From Raillietiella orientalis (Eukaryota), in assembly GCA_036172245.1 (NCBI GenBank), contig JAYWIR010000021.1, forward strand, positions 2,604,001 to 2,668,000: 64,000 bases of DNA, given 5' to 3'. The position numbers were made by a program, and so were the translations under genes. Under the pieces are notes generated by a model. The model was not told where the DNA came from, did not search any database, and was given only the letters and a program-made list of their open reading frames with translations. Shown piece by piece: positions 1 through 12,359 of the stretch (positions are counted from its first letter, which is position 1; each line of letters begins with the position of its first letter).

Positions 1-5
1 GTAGC

Positions 6-44
6 GAGAGGGATATACGACACACTGTGTCGTATATCCCTCTC
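6..44. repeat. Perfect palindrome, 19-bp arms with a 1-nt centre
   Basis: GAGAGGGATATACGACACA-C-TGTGTCGTATATCCCTCTC, read directly. Confidence 0.95.
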
Positions 45-99
45 TCATGTAGATAGTTGACATCCCCGATGAGGAATGGTCTTCATCCATTAATGTCAC

Positions 100-700
100 G
101 GAACACCAGAGATGTCTGACATATGGAGAGCTGTAGACCAAGAAATGATCCTTAGGATCATGAGAAAGTTAGACCCGACAAATAAGTTCCTGTTAGTACA
201 TGAAGGTAATGTTGGTGAATGTCACTTTCAAGATCATGATGAAGAGAAAGGAGAATAACTCATTACAGAAGGGAAGCAATGGTTTCCAAGTGGATGTTCC
301 GAGTACAATCCTGTTCTTTCTTTATATGGATGCCGTATCGATTCTGATTGAGAGAGGCAGTCGTCTCAAGGCAGTTGCCTTTGAGACGACTGCTGGATGT
401 CTCAGAGGCATCCATAGGGAAGAAGAATCTCTTAATCAATTGGAGTACATCTACGATTTTCTGTCCTTCATGAAGAACGAAGAAGGTCAAAAAGTGCTCT
501 ATAAGGTTGCTCGGTCTATAAAGGCAGATTGGACTTGAAAACCAATGATCCAAAATCTGAACTCCCTACCATAGAAAGCACAGTCACCATCATCCTGAGG
601 AATACGAAAGGAATTACGTGTGGTCGATACCGTAAGTATTTGGAGAAACAGCATTAATGAACAGAAATGGCATCGTTAATGCATCGGAATGAAATCTCGG
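100..700 (+). mobile_element. Decayed non-LTR reverse transcriptase fragment (RTE-like)
   Basis: Across frameshifts: DIWRAVDQEMILRIMRKL (DxxKAFDxV-like), GFQVDVPSTILFFLYMD (GVxQGxxLSPxLFxLYMD), LNQLEYIYDF (LxYADD-like), LRVVDT/KYL (VxxFKYLG). Motifs are in RT order. Clade assignment is a guess. Confidence 0.65.
357..393. repeat. Near-perfect inverted repeat (hairpin)
   Basis: GCAGTCGTCTCAA-GGCA-GT-TGCC-T-TTGAGACGACTGC. Confidence 0.9.
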
Positions 701-1559
701 AACTCTCTAGGGAAAAAAAGACCAAATGCAACCGATCTCATTTTAGACAGAAACGATTCTTGGATCCCAAGATCCGTTTTGGGAATCTTCGACCCAATGC
801 CGATATCAGTCCTGAAACGGCCGAGTGACATTTAGAGAAATCTAATCTGGAAAGGAGCAAAATTTCAAGTTAGCCGAAACACCTGTGCATCTCAATAGAA
901 GAAAGTGGAAGCGAAATGAAGGATCTAAAGCAAGAGGTTAACATGGAATTTGTACCTTGTAGTGCCGAAACGTTCATTTATAATAAGTAAATAAATTGAC
1001 ATGCGATAACCTTAACGCTAACAGGGTGAAGAATACACTGGGATCACTTTAGTGACACAGGGGAGCGAGGGAAAGGAGTGAGTCACTTAGAGCGTCAGTT
1101 GTCCTGCAAGTGACCGCCTCCAGCTCTTTGTGATCTCTTGTCTCCAGATGTTTCCATCTTCAGCCCTTCTCCAGATATACAGCTTCCTATATATCCGAAG
1201 AACGTCTTTATGGACTCGTTGGTGCTTTAGGGAGTACCTAGTTGCCATGGTAGCATTTATAAAGCAGATGATGGCTATGTACACCGCTTTCATCTGCCCC
1301 TTTTGTAGGAAGAAAAGACTGAACATGTCTTTGGAGCTCGACTTCGGAAGGAGCAGGTTGTGTGCCACTCTTCACCATCCGTGTTGGAGGTCCTGAAATC
1401 CTGTCAGAAGATGCAGAAAAAGATCGTTTTCTGAGCATTTTGCTGTGGGGATCTATTTTCTCCTGAGATACGTGGATGAGTAGACAGTCATTTGGAAGAG
1501 CCCAGTGTATCATTAAGGCCAAGAGATGCTGGACATTCAAGGGAACCGACGAGAGTTCC

Positions 1560-2130
1560 AGGTAATTGGGAGCAGCTTCCACCGAACTTCCGCGAAGAAA
1601 TAGGTAGATCGTTCACAGCTCCAATCCTCTGGCACTGGATGCTTTCTGTAGAGAAGCTGCTACCAAGCTGGGTTTGCAGCTGCCCAAAAGTACTTCCCTC
1701 CCATCTCTGAGCCAGATTATTTTCCACCTTGGCGGTTGTTCTGAGTCAGACTTGCTCCTCAGCCACTAAAGCATTCTGGGGAGGTGTATGTTTGTTATCC
1801 TGACTCTTGCTTTCGAGAACTTCTCCGCCTCTCCCATATTTAGATCTTCGATCTTTCGGAGAAGATATGTGCACCATCGTTCTCCTGTGGCGGTTTGTAA
1901 CCAAAGCATCAATGACATCGTCTGCCAGGAGCGATATTTGTTCGGATGACAGCTCAGCTCTTGATGTCTGCTAAGTTGTTTGCCTTTCTCCCTATGAGGG
2001 GTATTAGCTTCTTTCTAGAACAGTCTGACACAGATGCATGAACGTGTTGCAGGTCTGTTGAAGCTGTTTGGCATGAGGAATGAAACCATTGTCCAGACCA
2101 GCCCCCTGCAAGTAATTTTTCCTTCCTCAA
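1560..2130 (-). mobile_element. Possible decayed LINE RT fragment
   Basis: Minus strand shows CRGLVW..FN followed by SLLADDV (1914-1931), resembling RT motifs B and C. Weak. Confidence 0.3.
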
Positions 2131-2639
2131 CGTGAGCTGGGTACAGGGGACATCGGGGGTGAGGGTGTTCGACCTAGCTTATCAACAACTAGGAAATACA
2201 ATGATAACCCTCGATACTCGTCGGTAATTCGTTCCGGAACTTAGTGACGAGGGCCAAAACCGACGAGTACCGAACGAATTTTTCAGGACCCATGATTAAC
2301 GCATAAAATGTACAGAAAGCACAAAAAAGGAACGATTCGGGAGAAACTCTATAAAAGTGTTCTGCACTGTTTGCGAGTCACCATGAGACTAAAGCATTCA
2401 CTTGTTCCATCATGAGAGTGGGCTGTCGAGTTCCGAGCATGCGCCGCTTGTTGAGCATTTTTTTCTCGTCGAAAGGAGACGAGGTCCGACACCGTCGAGT
2501 AATAGAGGTGACACTGTACTCCAGATTTTTTAAATTACATACATTTGAGACCACCAGCAGGCCCTATGCGAGTCATGGGCATATCTCTAGAATGGTAAAC
2601 ATGACAGCTTCACATGAAAAAAGCTGACAGTGGGATAAG

Positions 2640-3210
2640 ATAGATCCCTAGGGATCGAATAACAAGAACTGGTATACACTAAGATCCTCAAGGTAGTCCT
2701 CCAAAGTGAGGAACATCAAAGGAAAAAGCTCGCCATCGTGATCTCTTTGTTGCTTCTCATATTATGGACTTCAGTGGAGTGGCCAGAAAAAAGAACCATC
2801 TGGAGAATGAAGGAGTGCCTACAGTTCGTACTGAGTGGCAAGATCCACTAGATGCGTCCGTATAAATAGAAAACCAGTTTCTGGGATCTCATAACCCGTG
2901 AACTGAGAGAACTTTGGAAAGCACGCAACATAAACTGGGTTCGTGTCGGTGTACGGCATCTCCAGCAGTTCATGTAGCATAGGCAGAAAGCCTTAGAGAA
3001 GACAAAGAAAGCATGCAAATCGCTCAACGTCAGTCCTTTGGTATTCAGATCAAAGCTATGGAATCCGACCCTCCGCTGGAGATCTGTTATGGGAGGCTCC
3101 CGAGTAGCTCAAGATCCATCCACTAGATAGTCATATAGTGAGTTTTGCAAGGCATGTAGGGAATGGGAGATCACACTCTACCTGTTCACCTGCTGAGCAC
3201 TATGAGTATG
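2640..3210 (+). mobile_element. Decayed LINE ORF2 3' part (CCHC-type finger)
   Basis: CYGRLPSSSR...SEFCKACREWEITLYLFTC resembles the L1/Tx1 zf-RVT pattern LPt...CxxC..ET..HLFxxC. Confidence 0.45.
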
Positions 3211-5669
3211 TAAAGTAGTTAGACTCTAAACTTGCAAAACCAAAGTAGGGCGTAGGTCCTGAGATGACTCTTGGAGGGAGAAGCAAATGTTTCCTGCAAC
3301 TCGATGGCCACGAGTGCTATCGAGTTCACTGGGACTAAGGAAAATCGCTGAAATTTTCTCTTTATATTTCTATATTTGAAGCTTCTTTTTGGTGTGTTTA
3401 CTAGGATGCGTTCATTTTTGGTCATTTCTTGAGGACCTTTGAGCTTTGATTTTGTGTCCTGGCATTCCGTCACCCTAGAGCCTTTTGAAATACTTATCCA
3501 TAAAAGCTTTGCGATCTTCGTTGATTCGATTTTCAATGTGGAAATTACATTGAACTATCAGGATATTCGTTTCGTCCACCACTACTTTTCATGCATGTGT
3601 TCCCCGAAAATTCTCGCACAATTTTCAGGATGCAAATATGTTTATGATGAATCCCACGTAGAGTTTAGATAGAAAACTGTGTGGATTTAGTGAACTTAAA
3701 ATCAGTTCCTTGACGAATTCATTGCTTCTCTCGCTATATACAAACAAACTAGAAAAAGAATGCCAAAGCTATAAATGGAGTCTGCTCCAGACCAAGCTAG
3801 AGAGTTCACTGATTGCTTAATGATACAGTGGAAATTCCTCCCTGTTTTCATCATGAAATGTGCCTAAAATTAAAAAAAAAAAAAAAAAAAAAAAAAGACC
3901 ACGCTGAAATTAAGTCATTACACAATGAAAATAAATTGCATATGCAATTCTTTCAGAGTGGATATTTTTGTGGTAAGGCGGACTACCTTTTTCTTGCTCA
4001 CTGCACCTTTTCCAAGCATTGTGGGAAATGAGTGAAAGATTACTCTTCCAGAAAGGAATTTTTAAAACAGGCATTCACCTGTTCAAAGCATCGTTTAAAA
4101 AAAAAGTCATGTTGATGTTTCGTGTTCCTGTCAAAGGTTATTGAATCAACCATATACCACTTCTTGTCTTCCTTTCCACATGGATGAGATCTCAACCGGC
4201 TTCGAGGATTTCTGTCACGAATGACGAATTCCCGTGCTCGAATCGGTCCACGCTGCCGAGTTGATTGCCGATTGCTCATCTACTGAGCCCAAATGCAAAT
4301 TACAATGTAATCCTTTTGTACTTTGCAGATTCGTTGCATCACTTCTGCACTGATACCTTCGCACGTGTTTGGATGGTTCCTTATCGATGCTCTGAGCAGG
4401 CATTGCTTCATTTCAGGTCTTTCCTTTGAAGTCTTTCCTTCATCCTCTGCACATGCGTTCGATGGCTTCTCGAGGATGAAACGTTTTCTGACAGGGGAAC
4501 GTTTCATCAACGGAGGTGTTGGTTTTTCAGTTGCAGCCGCAAACGCAAGCCTCAAACTTAACCAACTTCAACGTGGGATGCTTCAGCTTCAGTGCATCCC
4601 ATGCGAAAGCCTCAGCAACATGGAAACCATCAGACAAATGTCTGGTACAGACTGATCATGATCGCATTCCCGTTCTTCCTTCGCTAGTGAGGAAACCCAG
4701 GAGTCGGATCAGATGCTCAAATATATTGGAATAATTTGCTTTCACTATTCAGAGGCAACTGGCAAAGATCATGTTTTGAGAGAACGGAGAGCCCCCATGT
4801 AAGTTCCTTGCTGTGAGAAACACACTTGATGAAAAATTCCTCCTCGGGGAAAACGTTAATCGGAATGAAATTTGCTGGTCACTATGGTCCCCTATTCGAA
4901 CTCAATATGGTGTTTTCTCTGGAGGCTTGCGAAGATAATGGGCATAATCATTTGATTATGGATGAACAGGGTCTTAACAACAAAATCTTGTTGGTGCTAT
5001 GTATGTGACGAAAATTTTTCAGCTCTCTGGAAATGAACAGAGTTATCATATAAATATCGGGGAAAAAAAAAATGGTCAAGTGAAGAGAATGCAGTTGTGC
5101 CGTCATTTCCTTCATCAACAACACGTAATCCATAGTTTTGTTCATAGGTATTCTCGCGAGCATCAGTTCTCCCTTGGTAAGAGCAGCAATAATGCATCAA
5201 CATTATATAAATTTCGTCGGCATGGCCTGCTGACCTTTTTTTTTTTTTTTTTTGCCCCAGTCTTCTTGCCGATCCTATCAACAACGATGGCCCACATATA
5301 CTTTCCAGCGTACGAAGTGCAAAGCTTCTTGAACTAAAATGTGAATGGTTTGGTACTAGTAGGGTCTTCTCGAGAAGTGAGAGATACACACTGATATTTA
5401 TTCTTCCTATTATCATTTAATGACGGTCATTTGGAGGTCTTGTTTTGTTTTGGGCTATACAACCATTATTCCACGAAACCGTAGCAAGCAAAGTAATAAC
5501 CACAGAATCCCGAACTCTGCATTGAATAAGCACAGCTCAGTACATGCTAACTTGAATAATTTTAAAACGTTAGCGAAGAAAGTTCCTTGAACTGCTTCAC
5601 TTGTCATAGCTGTAACGTTTTTGTTTTGGAAAAATTTCGTAAAACATTTTCTATTCCACGATGCGAAGA

Positions 5670-5945
5670 GCACATCGATATAAATTGTACTTCCGGTTGA
5701 CTTCCGAGGTTTTGCCAATACCATGTGTGCCGTGGATCGTTTCCTTTAATGTAATTCAGTCACCAAGAAGTAATAATCCTCCTCTCTTTACATAAAATTT
5801 AGGCAAATAAAAGGAACCCAAATCCTTAGTTTAAGGAATATTCTGAAACATCACGAGTGGCGCTAACGTAAAATAGGAAGTAGTAAAATGAAACATTAAG
5901 TAGTAGTCACGGTGTAACAGCCTGAAAACTGTCTTATAGGGTAAT
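5670..5945. promoter_or_regulatory. Candidate promoter / 5'UTR exon of mRpL30
   Basis: CATCGATA (DRE-like) near 5673, ETS-like ACTTCCGG near 5689, possible donor AGG|GTAATA at 5940 and an acceptor CAG at 6653 just before the ATG. Short motifs only; inferred. Confidence 0.25.
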
Positions 5946-6666
5946 AATTTATGGGTATATCTTTTTCTTCCTGACTAATGCTGGGCATTTTTGATGAATA
6001 CAAAAAAAAGAAAAATTCTTTTGATTTGTAGTGTGGGTAAATTCCTGGATAATGTTGAACCACAAAGTGTCATCAAAAGCAATCGGACTTGGAAAAGAAA
6101 CCGCGTGTTGAAAAAGGTTCAGTCAGTACAGTAGTAAAACACTTTTTTTCCAACGAATGTTAAAATGAATTTCGAGATCTCGTTTCGGAAATGCTGACCA
6201 ATGGTTTTTAGAATGACTCGTGTCAACCTGGGAATAATATTTTTGTAATTTTGAAGCAAAAATAAAATCATTTCAGTTTTTTTTCTCACATGGTTTTGTT
6301 TTTTCCCCGGATGTGAATGGTCTTCATGTGCCTTTATTACAAATAAACAGAATAGGGGTATTTGATTTTGTTTGCCTGCATTGCATATCTGCCTCGTGTT
6401 TATTTATATTATGCACATTCTCATAATTTCATATAAGCGTTTTCATGAATTTGCCAGTGTTATTAGGTGACTTTTCTTCAAGCAGTTTACCAGTTGCTTC
6501 TAAGAAGTTTTTTATTGCTGATCATTTTAGAAATGTATTCGGCAAAAATATGTGGAACCGTGTTGCAAAAATAAACAACATGGGATTACTTTACAAGATT
6601 TTTTGCCATACATTGAGCCTTATTTTGAGTTAAACACATGCTTGCATTACCAGTATTTTTTACAAC

Positions 6667-8303
6667 ATGCTTATCTCTGCACTTACAAGAAGACTTGGTT
6701 TAGCAGCCAGACAGCTACAACTCTGTTTGAAGCTTAACTATAACCATGCTTCTGGAAAACACCCTGAAGATGATATGATTCCAATTTTTCCTGGTGGCCC
6801 CTTGTGGTATCCAAGGTATCTAAGTGTTTTTGTGCATAGGAATGTTTGCAGTTTTATACGTGATTATGTTATAAATCTCAAGTTTTTTATTCTTGTTTAA
6901 GTTATGTGATTAAGCAATGACTTTAGAAACACACAATACAATTGTATGGAAAGATAGTGGAAAGATCCATACTAATATGTTTGTTTTATTAAGACTTCCA
7001 ATGGTTGCTATATTATGAATAATCTTAAAGAGGAAATGGCATGCTGTATTCCGAATCTATGCAAATAAAGAGTAAAATTGCAGATAATCTGCAAAGTGCA
7101 AGCATACATTGAAAACTTCATATTGTTGAATGCTTGGTGCGTTCTAAGTGCAATATGGTTATTTTTTGTAAATGTGTACGTTTTTCGTTTTTGAATCATT
7201 ATTAATTTACACCTTTCTGAAAAATAATGTTGAGGTATCTATTATTCATCTGTACATGAATTGAGAAGGTTGAGAGATCAAAATGTGGAAAATTTTGTGT
7301 ATTCCTTATGAAGTAATTAAATATTAACAGCAAAATCAAAAGCAATAACAAGCTAATTGGAATGCAAAGATTTTAGTCATAAGTTTTGAATTTTTGAAAG
7401 ATTGGGATAATTTGAAATTTTTGAATCCGGTTTTAAATCACACATGTTCTTGTGAATGATGGATGTGGTTCTATGTATGATGGATATGTATGATTCAGAT
7501 GATACAATATTGTATATGGATAATAGACAATATTGTACTGTATAATATTTTTTATGGTACATCTAAGTAATTCTATGGTGCTTGATAATTCCATGATGAA
7601 ATTCTTGTTTTACGTTTTGATGAGATGGATTCCTGATCATTTTGTGAGTATTTTGTAAGGTTGCCTTGGCTGATGATTTTTTTTGATGCATCTATTTTCT
7701 TCATGTTTAATAAAATGTATTCCCTGAATATCCAGCATAAAATAACCATTATTTTGTTGAAAATGCATTGGCTTTCACTTTAGACCTGGACAGATTGATC
7801 CCCCATATGAGCCTTCTAAATTGCTAATGGTACAGCGTATAAAATCATGTAGTGGTCTTTCAAAACTACAAAAAGGTATTTTAACAAAATTTGGACTAGG
7901 ATGGAGAGAAAAAGTAATGTTTCCATTTAATTTATCCTGATATATTGTTTCTAATCGCTAGATGGCCAAAAGAATTGTTGTTAAAAATATTCCCTCTGTT
8001 AACAAAGAATTGTGGGAAGTCAAACATGTGATTAAAGTGTTGCCTATCACCTTTCCTAATGGAGTGCCCAAATGTGAAGAGGATTTATGGGGAACTCGTC
8101 TTCATGAAAATGGAGAATTTGTAATTCAGCACAGAGCAACTGCCGAAGAAATTAAGGCAAGTTAATTTGTTAAAGCTGCATTAAAAATTCAAGTTCAGAC
8201 ATTCATAGCCACAGCAGAACTTTCTGAAGAAGAGAAGCGTCGTCGAATGGATAAGGACACAATTGTTGCACAAGCTAGAAGAGATTGGTATTCTCCTTGG
8301 TAG
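6667..8303 (+). CDS. mRpL30: Mitochondrial large-subunit ribosomal protein uL30m, 192 aa; exons 6667-6815, 7784-7913, 7962-8156, 8199-8303
   Basis: Spliced frame is open: a basic N-terminal presequence-like region (MLISALTRRLGLAARQ), then WYPRPGQIDPPYEPSKLLMVQRIK..ILTKFGL..VVKNIPSVNKELWEVKHVIKVLPITFPNGVP..LHENGE..RMDKDTIVAQARRDWYSPW*, which I recognise as the arthropod mRpL30 pattern. Intron phases 2, 0, 0 are consistent (GT-AG, GT-AG, GC-AG). Confidence 0.93.
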
Positions 8304-8949
8304 TCTTTCAAACTACAATAATTTGAGTAGTTTTGATTGTCAGCAAGTTTTCAAAATGAGTATTTAATATACTGGAACTTATTTTTCATTCAGTTACCCA
8401 AAATTCAGAATTGGGGTGAAAATCTCTTTTATTTCTTTTGTTTCACTGTAGCATTTAAGCATATTCAGTGCAGATGAAAGCTCTCTTCTGGATGGTCCGA
8501 GTTTGCACTTGAATTTACTGTATTTTAGATTTAAGATTCCTTTGGGTATGTTCATTCATTTACACCAACAAATTTTCCTTATTCTAGCTATATTTTTAGG
8601 TATCACTTCTCAGTGATGCTTATTTACAAATAATATTAGAAAATAAAATAACGTAGTATGGAAAGTAAGATATGTGGATGAATGAGTGCTTTGACTTCGT
8701 TGCACAGGATGTATAAAAACTCCATGCAGTCTTGTAGCATGAACGAATTTGATTTTTCATTTGTGTTCCTTATAAATTCGGCGTTTTTCTTGCAAATACT
8801 ATTGCCTTTAAATGCTACTGGTTCTTTTTTACGCAAATGTAAATTGCGTCATGTAAAATTGTTGATGAAACTTTTACATGCCGAGTTCTGTAAAGCGTTT
8901 ATCGTAATACCCAAACCCTACATTTCCGTTGAAAGTCAGAATGGTAGAA

Positions 8950-9480
8950 ATAAAATCAATGTGGATGGAAACCATTGGAAATCGTGGATAAATTAGAACT
9001 CCGACTGATGTAGTCGCCTAAATTTTCAGCCTGATGGACCTCAAGACAAAAAAGATGGCCCTTCGGATATTGAGAATATGGAATATGGGAGCTTAAGAAA
9101 CGTACCTCACCTAACGGTTCGGAGAATGATGCCCATCCTGCCGAAAATCCGGAAACTTCCACAGAAATTTCTGAAGGATGTCGAAGATGCGAATCAATCA
9201 TGGATCCTCAGAGGAAGAGGTGGTTTTTCTTCCGGAGAGCAACCGTTAGAAGGTGTTCGGTCAAACAGAAATGATGGTCTGCGCCCTGGGGAGGAAAGTG
9301 AATTCAGAATCATTTTTTGCTCTTCATCGCGGCAGCACTCGGTTCGATGATATTCGAATCCACGTCTTACGTCTCGAAGCTCTGGAAATTTTGGAGGTCT
9401 TCATAGTGAGAAACCTTATGTGGACTGGGCAGGCCAGTATTCCAGGCACGAACCGGCAGAAGAACAAAACTGCATAAAAG
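8950..9480 (+). mobile_element. DDE_Tnp_4 (Harbinger/ISL2EU-type) transposase relic, C-terminal half
   Basis: SWILRGRGGF (xxIxADRGF-like) and STRFDDIRIHVLR (TRxIAxxRIHVER-like) in order across a frameshift. Confidence 0.5.
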
Positions 9481-10059
9481 GAAGCAGTACTTGATTATCC
9501 TTTCAATTGAATAACTCAGACGGGTTTGATTATGCAGCTGGAGGCATCAAAAAAAAAAAAAAAAAATGAAATGAATGTGAGTTATAGCGAAATGACAAAA
9601 AGTGCAAAGGAATCTGAAACATCAGATAAATGGAAACGGCTGGTTATTAACATGTTAAAACCCTAATCCAGAACGATTGCAATGTGTTTTCACTTTACTG
9701 ATAGCGCGTACGATTCAAGGAATTTTGTTTTCTTCTGGAGGGGATGTAATTAGAATTAATTGAAAGGAAAATTTAACTTGGGTTCGAGCTGAGCATTCAA
9801 GACTTTAAGAGAAAAAAAAAAAAATTCTTTATACGTCTTCGAATTTAGCTCTTGGCGATTCTCCTGTCACGTTATATTGTATGATTATGTAATTCGATAT
9901 TGTGAACTGTATACTCTATTCGTGCTTGGATGCCCGCGGTTCCGTGGTTTCGCAGAATGTAATGGGATTGCACTTCGAAGATAAACTGCAATCTGGATTT
10001 ATCGTAATTTCCCAGAGAACCCCTTTTTCCCAAACTTCGGTGCTTTTATCTCCTACGTG

Positions 10060-12355
10060 AACTAAAAGCAATGGTTTCGAAAAATGTGCTCTCGTAAAGC
10101 AGGACCGGCAAGAAATGAAAAGTAAGCCGCAGTGCTGCTACTGCTTTGAGCAACTGAGTGAAGTTCCCTGTAGCAAAACCTCATTTCCTTTTCATGGCAA
10201 CAAGCAGAGCATTGCACGGTGATGCGACCGTCGGAAGCCATCGACACTGACGCAGGGACTCCCATCTGTTCTTAAGCCACAAGGAAGCATACCCAACTCC
10301 ATGCAAGGAAAGATAAAATTCGAACGAATAATTAGGAGGAAAGTCGGCCACAATTTGTTTTTTTTTTTTTTTTTTTCCTCCCTCCCTCCCTGTCAGCAGA
10401 TCCCAGTTCTGCTAATGGTTTTTCTCGAACCTTCTGCAGTCCTGCTTTCTGATGAGGAATACTCTCGTGTTTGAACTCCGCAGCTACGTGGCAGCATCAG
10501 CGATGCCGCTTGTGGTCATTTGCAGCCGTGCTGATCGAAAGGTTTCTTCCTCAAAAATCGATCCGGATCACTGCACGTGCTGAGTCGATTGATCTCCCTG
10601 TTGCAGCAAGAAAGCAGATTGCACTGAAGGCACCCAGTGAAGTATTCCAGGTGTGCACAGTACATCAAAGATGCAAGCTGTTCTATCCCTGATGACACTT
10701 TAAAGTAGCACAAGGGTTGCGATGGATGTTAGATCTGTCAGCATTGTCACCTCCTCGCTGTCTTTGCCAAGAGCTTAAGGCACTTCTTTTCACTTTTCAG
10801 ATCAAAGCAAATCTTTGCAGCAAATTCTCCTCTCTGTCTGCTCTCAGTGTCTTGGAAATCCTTATTCTTCTAGGAGGTGCATGTCGTGGTTCCTTATAAT
10901 CAGCATTATACGGAAGTGATTTCCTTATAATCAGTATTCTACAATGCGACTCCCGATTTCCTTTCCCTAAATCGAACGAATGCTTTGTCCACCGTCCATT
11001 CGATCCCGTAACGCCGCCGACAGTACCATTTTATTCCCTAATCCTGTCATTTGCGTTACAGCTTCGCAGCAAGCCAATTCCCTAAAGATCACACGAGCCC
11101 GTTTCTGGACCATGTTTCTGCATCTCGGAAATTTTTCCGTTAGAGATAACCGTACGCATTGACCTGCAACAGAAGTGCAAACCATGATAAAAGAACTCTC
11201 AAACGAAGACTTTCGTTCATTTTCTGCTCTTCCTCACTTCCTGGTTTGGTCTTGTATGGAAGGCAAAGTGTTCAAAGACTGCCATTTGCTATGCAAAGTA
11301 TTTCTACCAAAGCTGGCGGCCAGGCCAGCGTCCCTCTCAACGAACCGCTTTCCACGGAGGATGCTTGCATCTCTTTTCCTCCTGAAATTTCGTTTTAGTG
11401 TTTTCACTCTTTTGGATTTGTTTCCTGAGTTCTTCTTGGCTTGTCCTTACGATCGTATCCTTTGATCTTCCTCGGTGCCTGAGGCATCGTGCCACGATTG
11501 CAAGCTTGTCGCAGAGTGCTCCGCTCATTCTCGGCAGTGTGCTTCAGCCTGACTCTCCATGAAACATTACGCTGCCTCCTTCCTCGAACTCCCACAAGTT
11601 CCTTCAACTCCGCGAAGCTTCACCAGTTCCTTGCAAAAAAAAAAAATCTTCAACCGAATCCTCTGCCCCTAACCTCTTTAGGAAACCTCGAAATCGGAAG
11701 AAATCTCGAGGTTTCCAGGTATCGTCTGCTCCTTGAAGCTGCAGCACACCCAATTTCGTATTCCAGCTACCGAGAACCTCATCTAGGATCTGTTTGCTTC
11801 CTTTCCATTCTCAAAGGCTGCTGAGTCCTCAAGGGAAAAGGAGTTCTAGGCGTTGCCAGAGCGACTGCCGTTGTATACGCACGAAAGATGTCGAATCTGA
11901 GAATGTTCGCAGACAGACTGAACTGCGAGTAGCATCGAACTCTTTGAAGGAGCATGTGGTAAAGATGTTTTTTTCTGACAGCTTCTCCGGATACCACATT
12001 ATGTCTTCAGCTCCTCCTCAGCTTCTCTTTGCTGCCATCTGGAGGGAGGGTTACGTAAACGTACTTTTGGAAGAATTCTTGTGCCTTTTAAATCAACAGT
12101 GTTCTGCCAAATGCCCAGAAGCGTAGTGAAGATCGATCCTACCGCATCGACTTCCCTGAATGCCGATGGCTCTGGATTATTGACCCCTGTTGCTGGTCTT
12201 CGTGCTTTTAGGGCTCCGACGCTATTCTCGAACTCCCGAAGGGTGCGACCCCTCCCTGGCGTGTTTCGCAAAGCTGCGCTTCCTGCCTTTTCTTCTAAAA
12301 AGGATGAGCCGATCGTTGGGACGGATGCTTTTGTTTCGTAATCTGCGGCGTTCAC
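10060..12355. mobile_element. ISL2EU-type relic A: SWIM-YqaJ (+, ~10080-11400) converging on HTH-DDE transposase (-, ~12355-11450)
   Basis: Plus strand: CSRKAG..AAVLL (SWIM-like), TWQHQRCRL.SFAAVL (WxxxRxxRLTASxF), EVQTM..DF, KVFLPKLAAR. Minus strand: PGRGRTLREFEN (HTH lead-in), IMWYPEK..FKEFDATR. Clear nucleotide homology of ~12170-12330 to the reverse complement of ~45760-45920. Confidence 0.6.
10890..10942. repeat. Short tandem duplication, period 31
   Basis: TTCCTTATAATCAGCATTATAC and TTCCTTATAATCAGTATTCTAC. Confidence 0.85.
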
Positions 12356-12359
12356 TTCC

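Noticed and set aside
1087..1368. LYR-motif protein (VLRIYRKL)
   Set aside because: Only a short resemblance, within probable decayed TE sequence.
4280..4600. PHD-finger-like remnant on the minus strand (CVCG..CQKTFH)
   Set aside because: Interrupted by stops and missing ligands; too weak to call.
5455..5724. Divergent gene head-to-head with mRpL30 (MVLAKPRKSTG...)
   Set aside because: No recognisable protein and no supportable downstream exons; cannot be excluded without RNA data.
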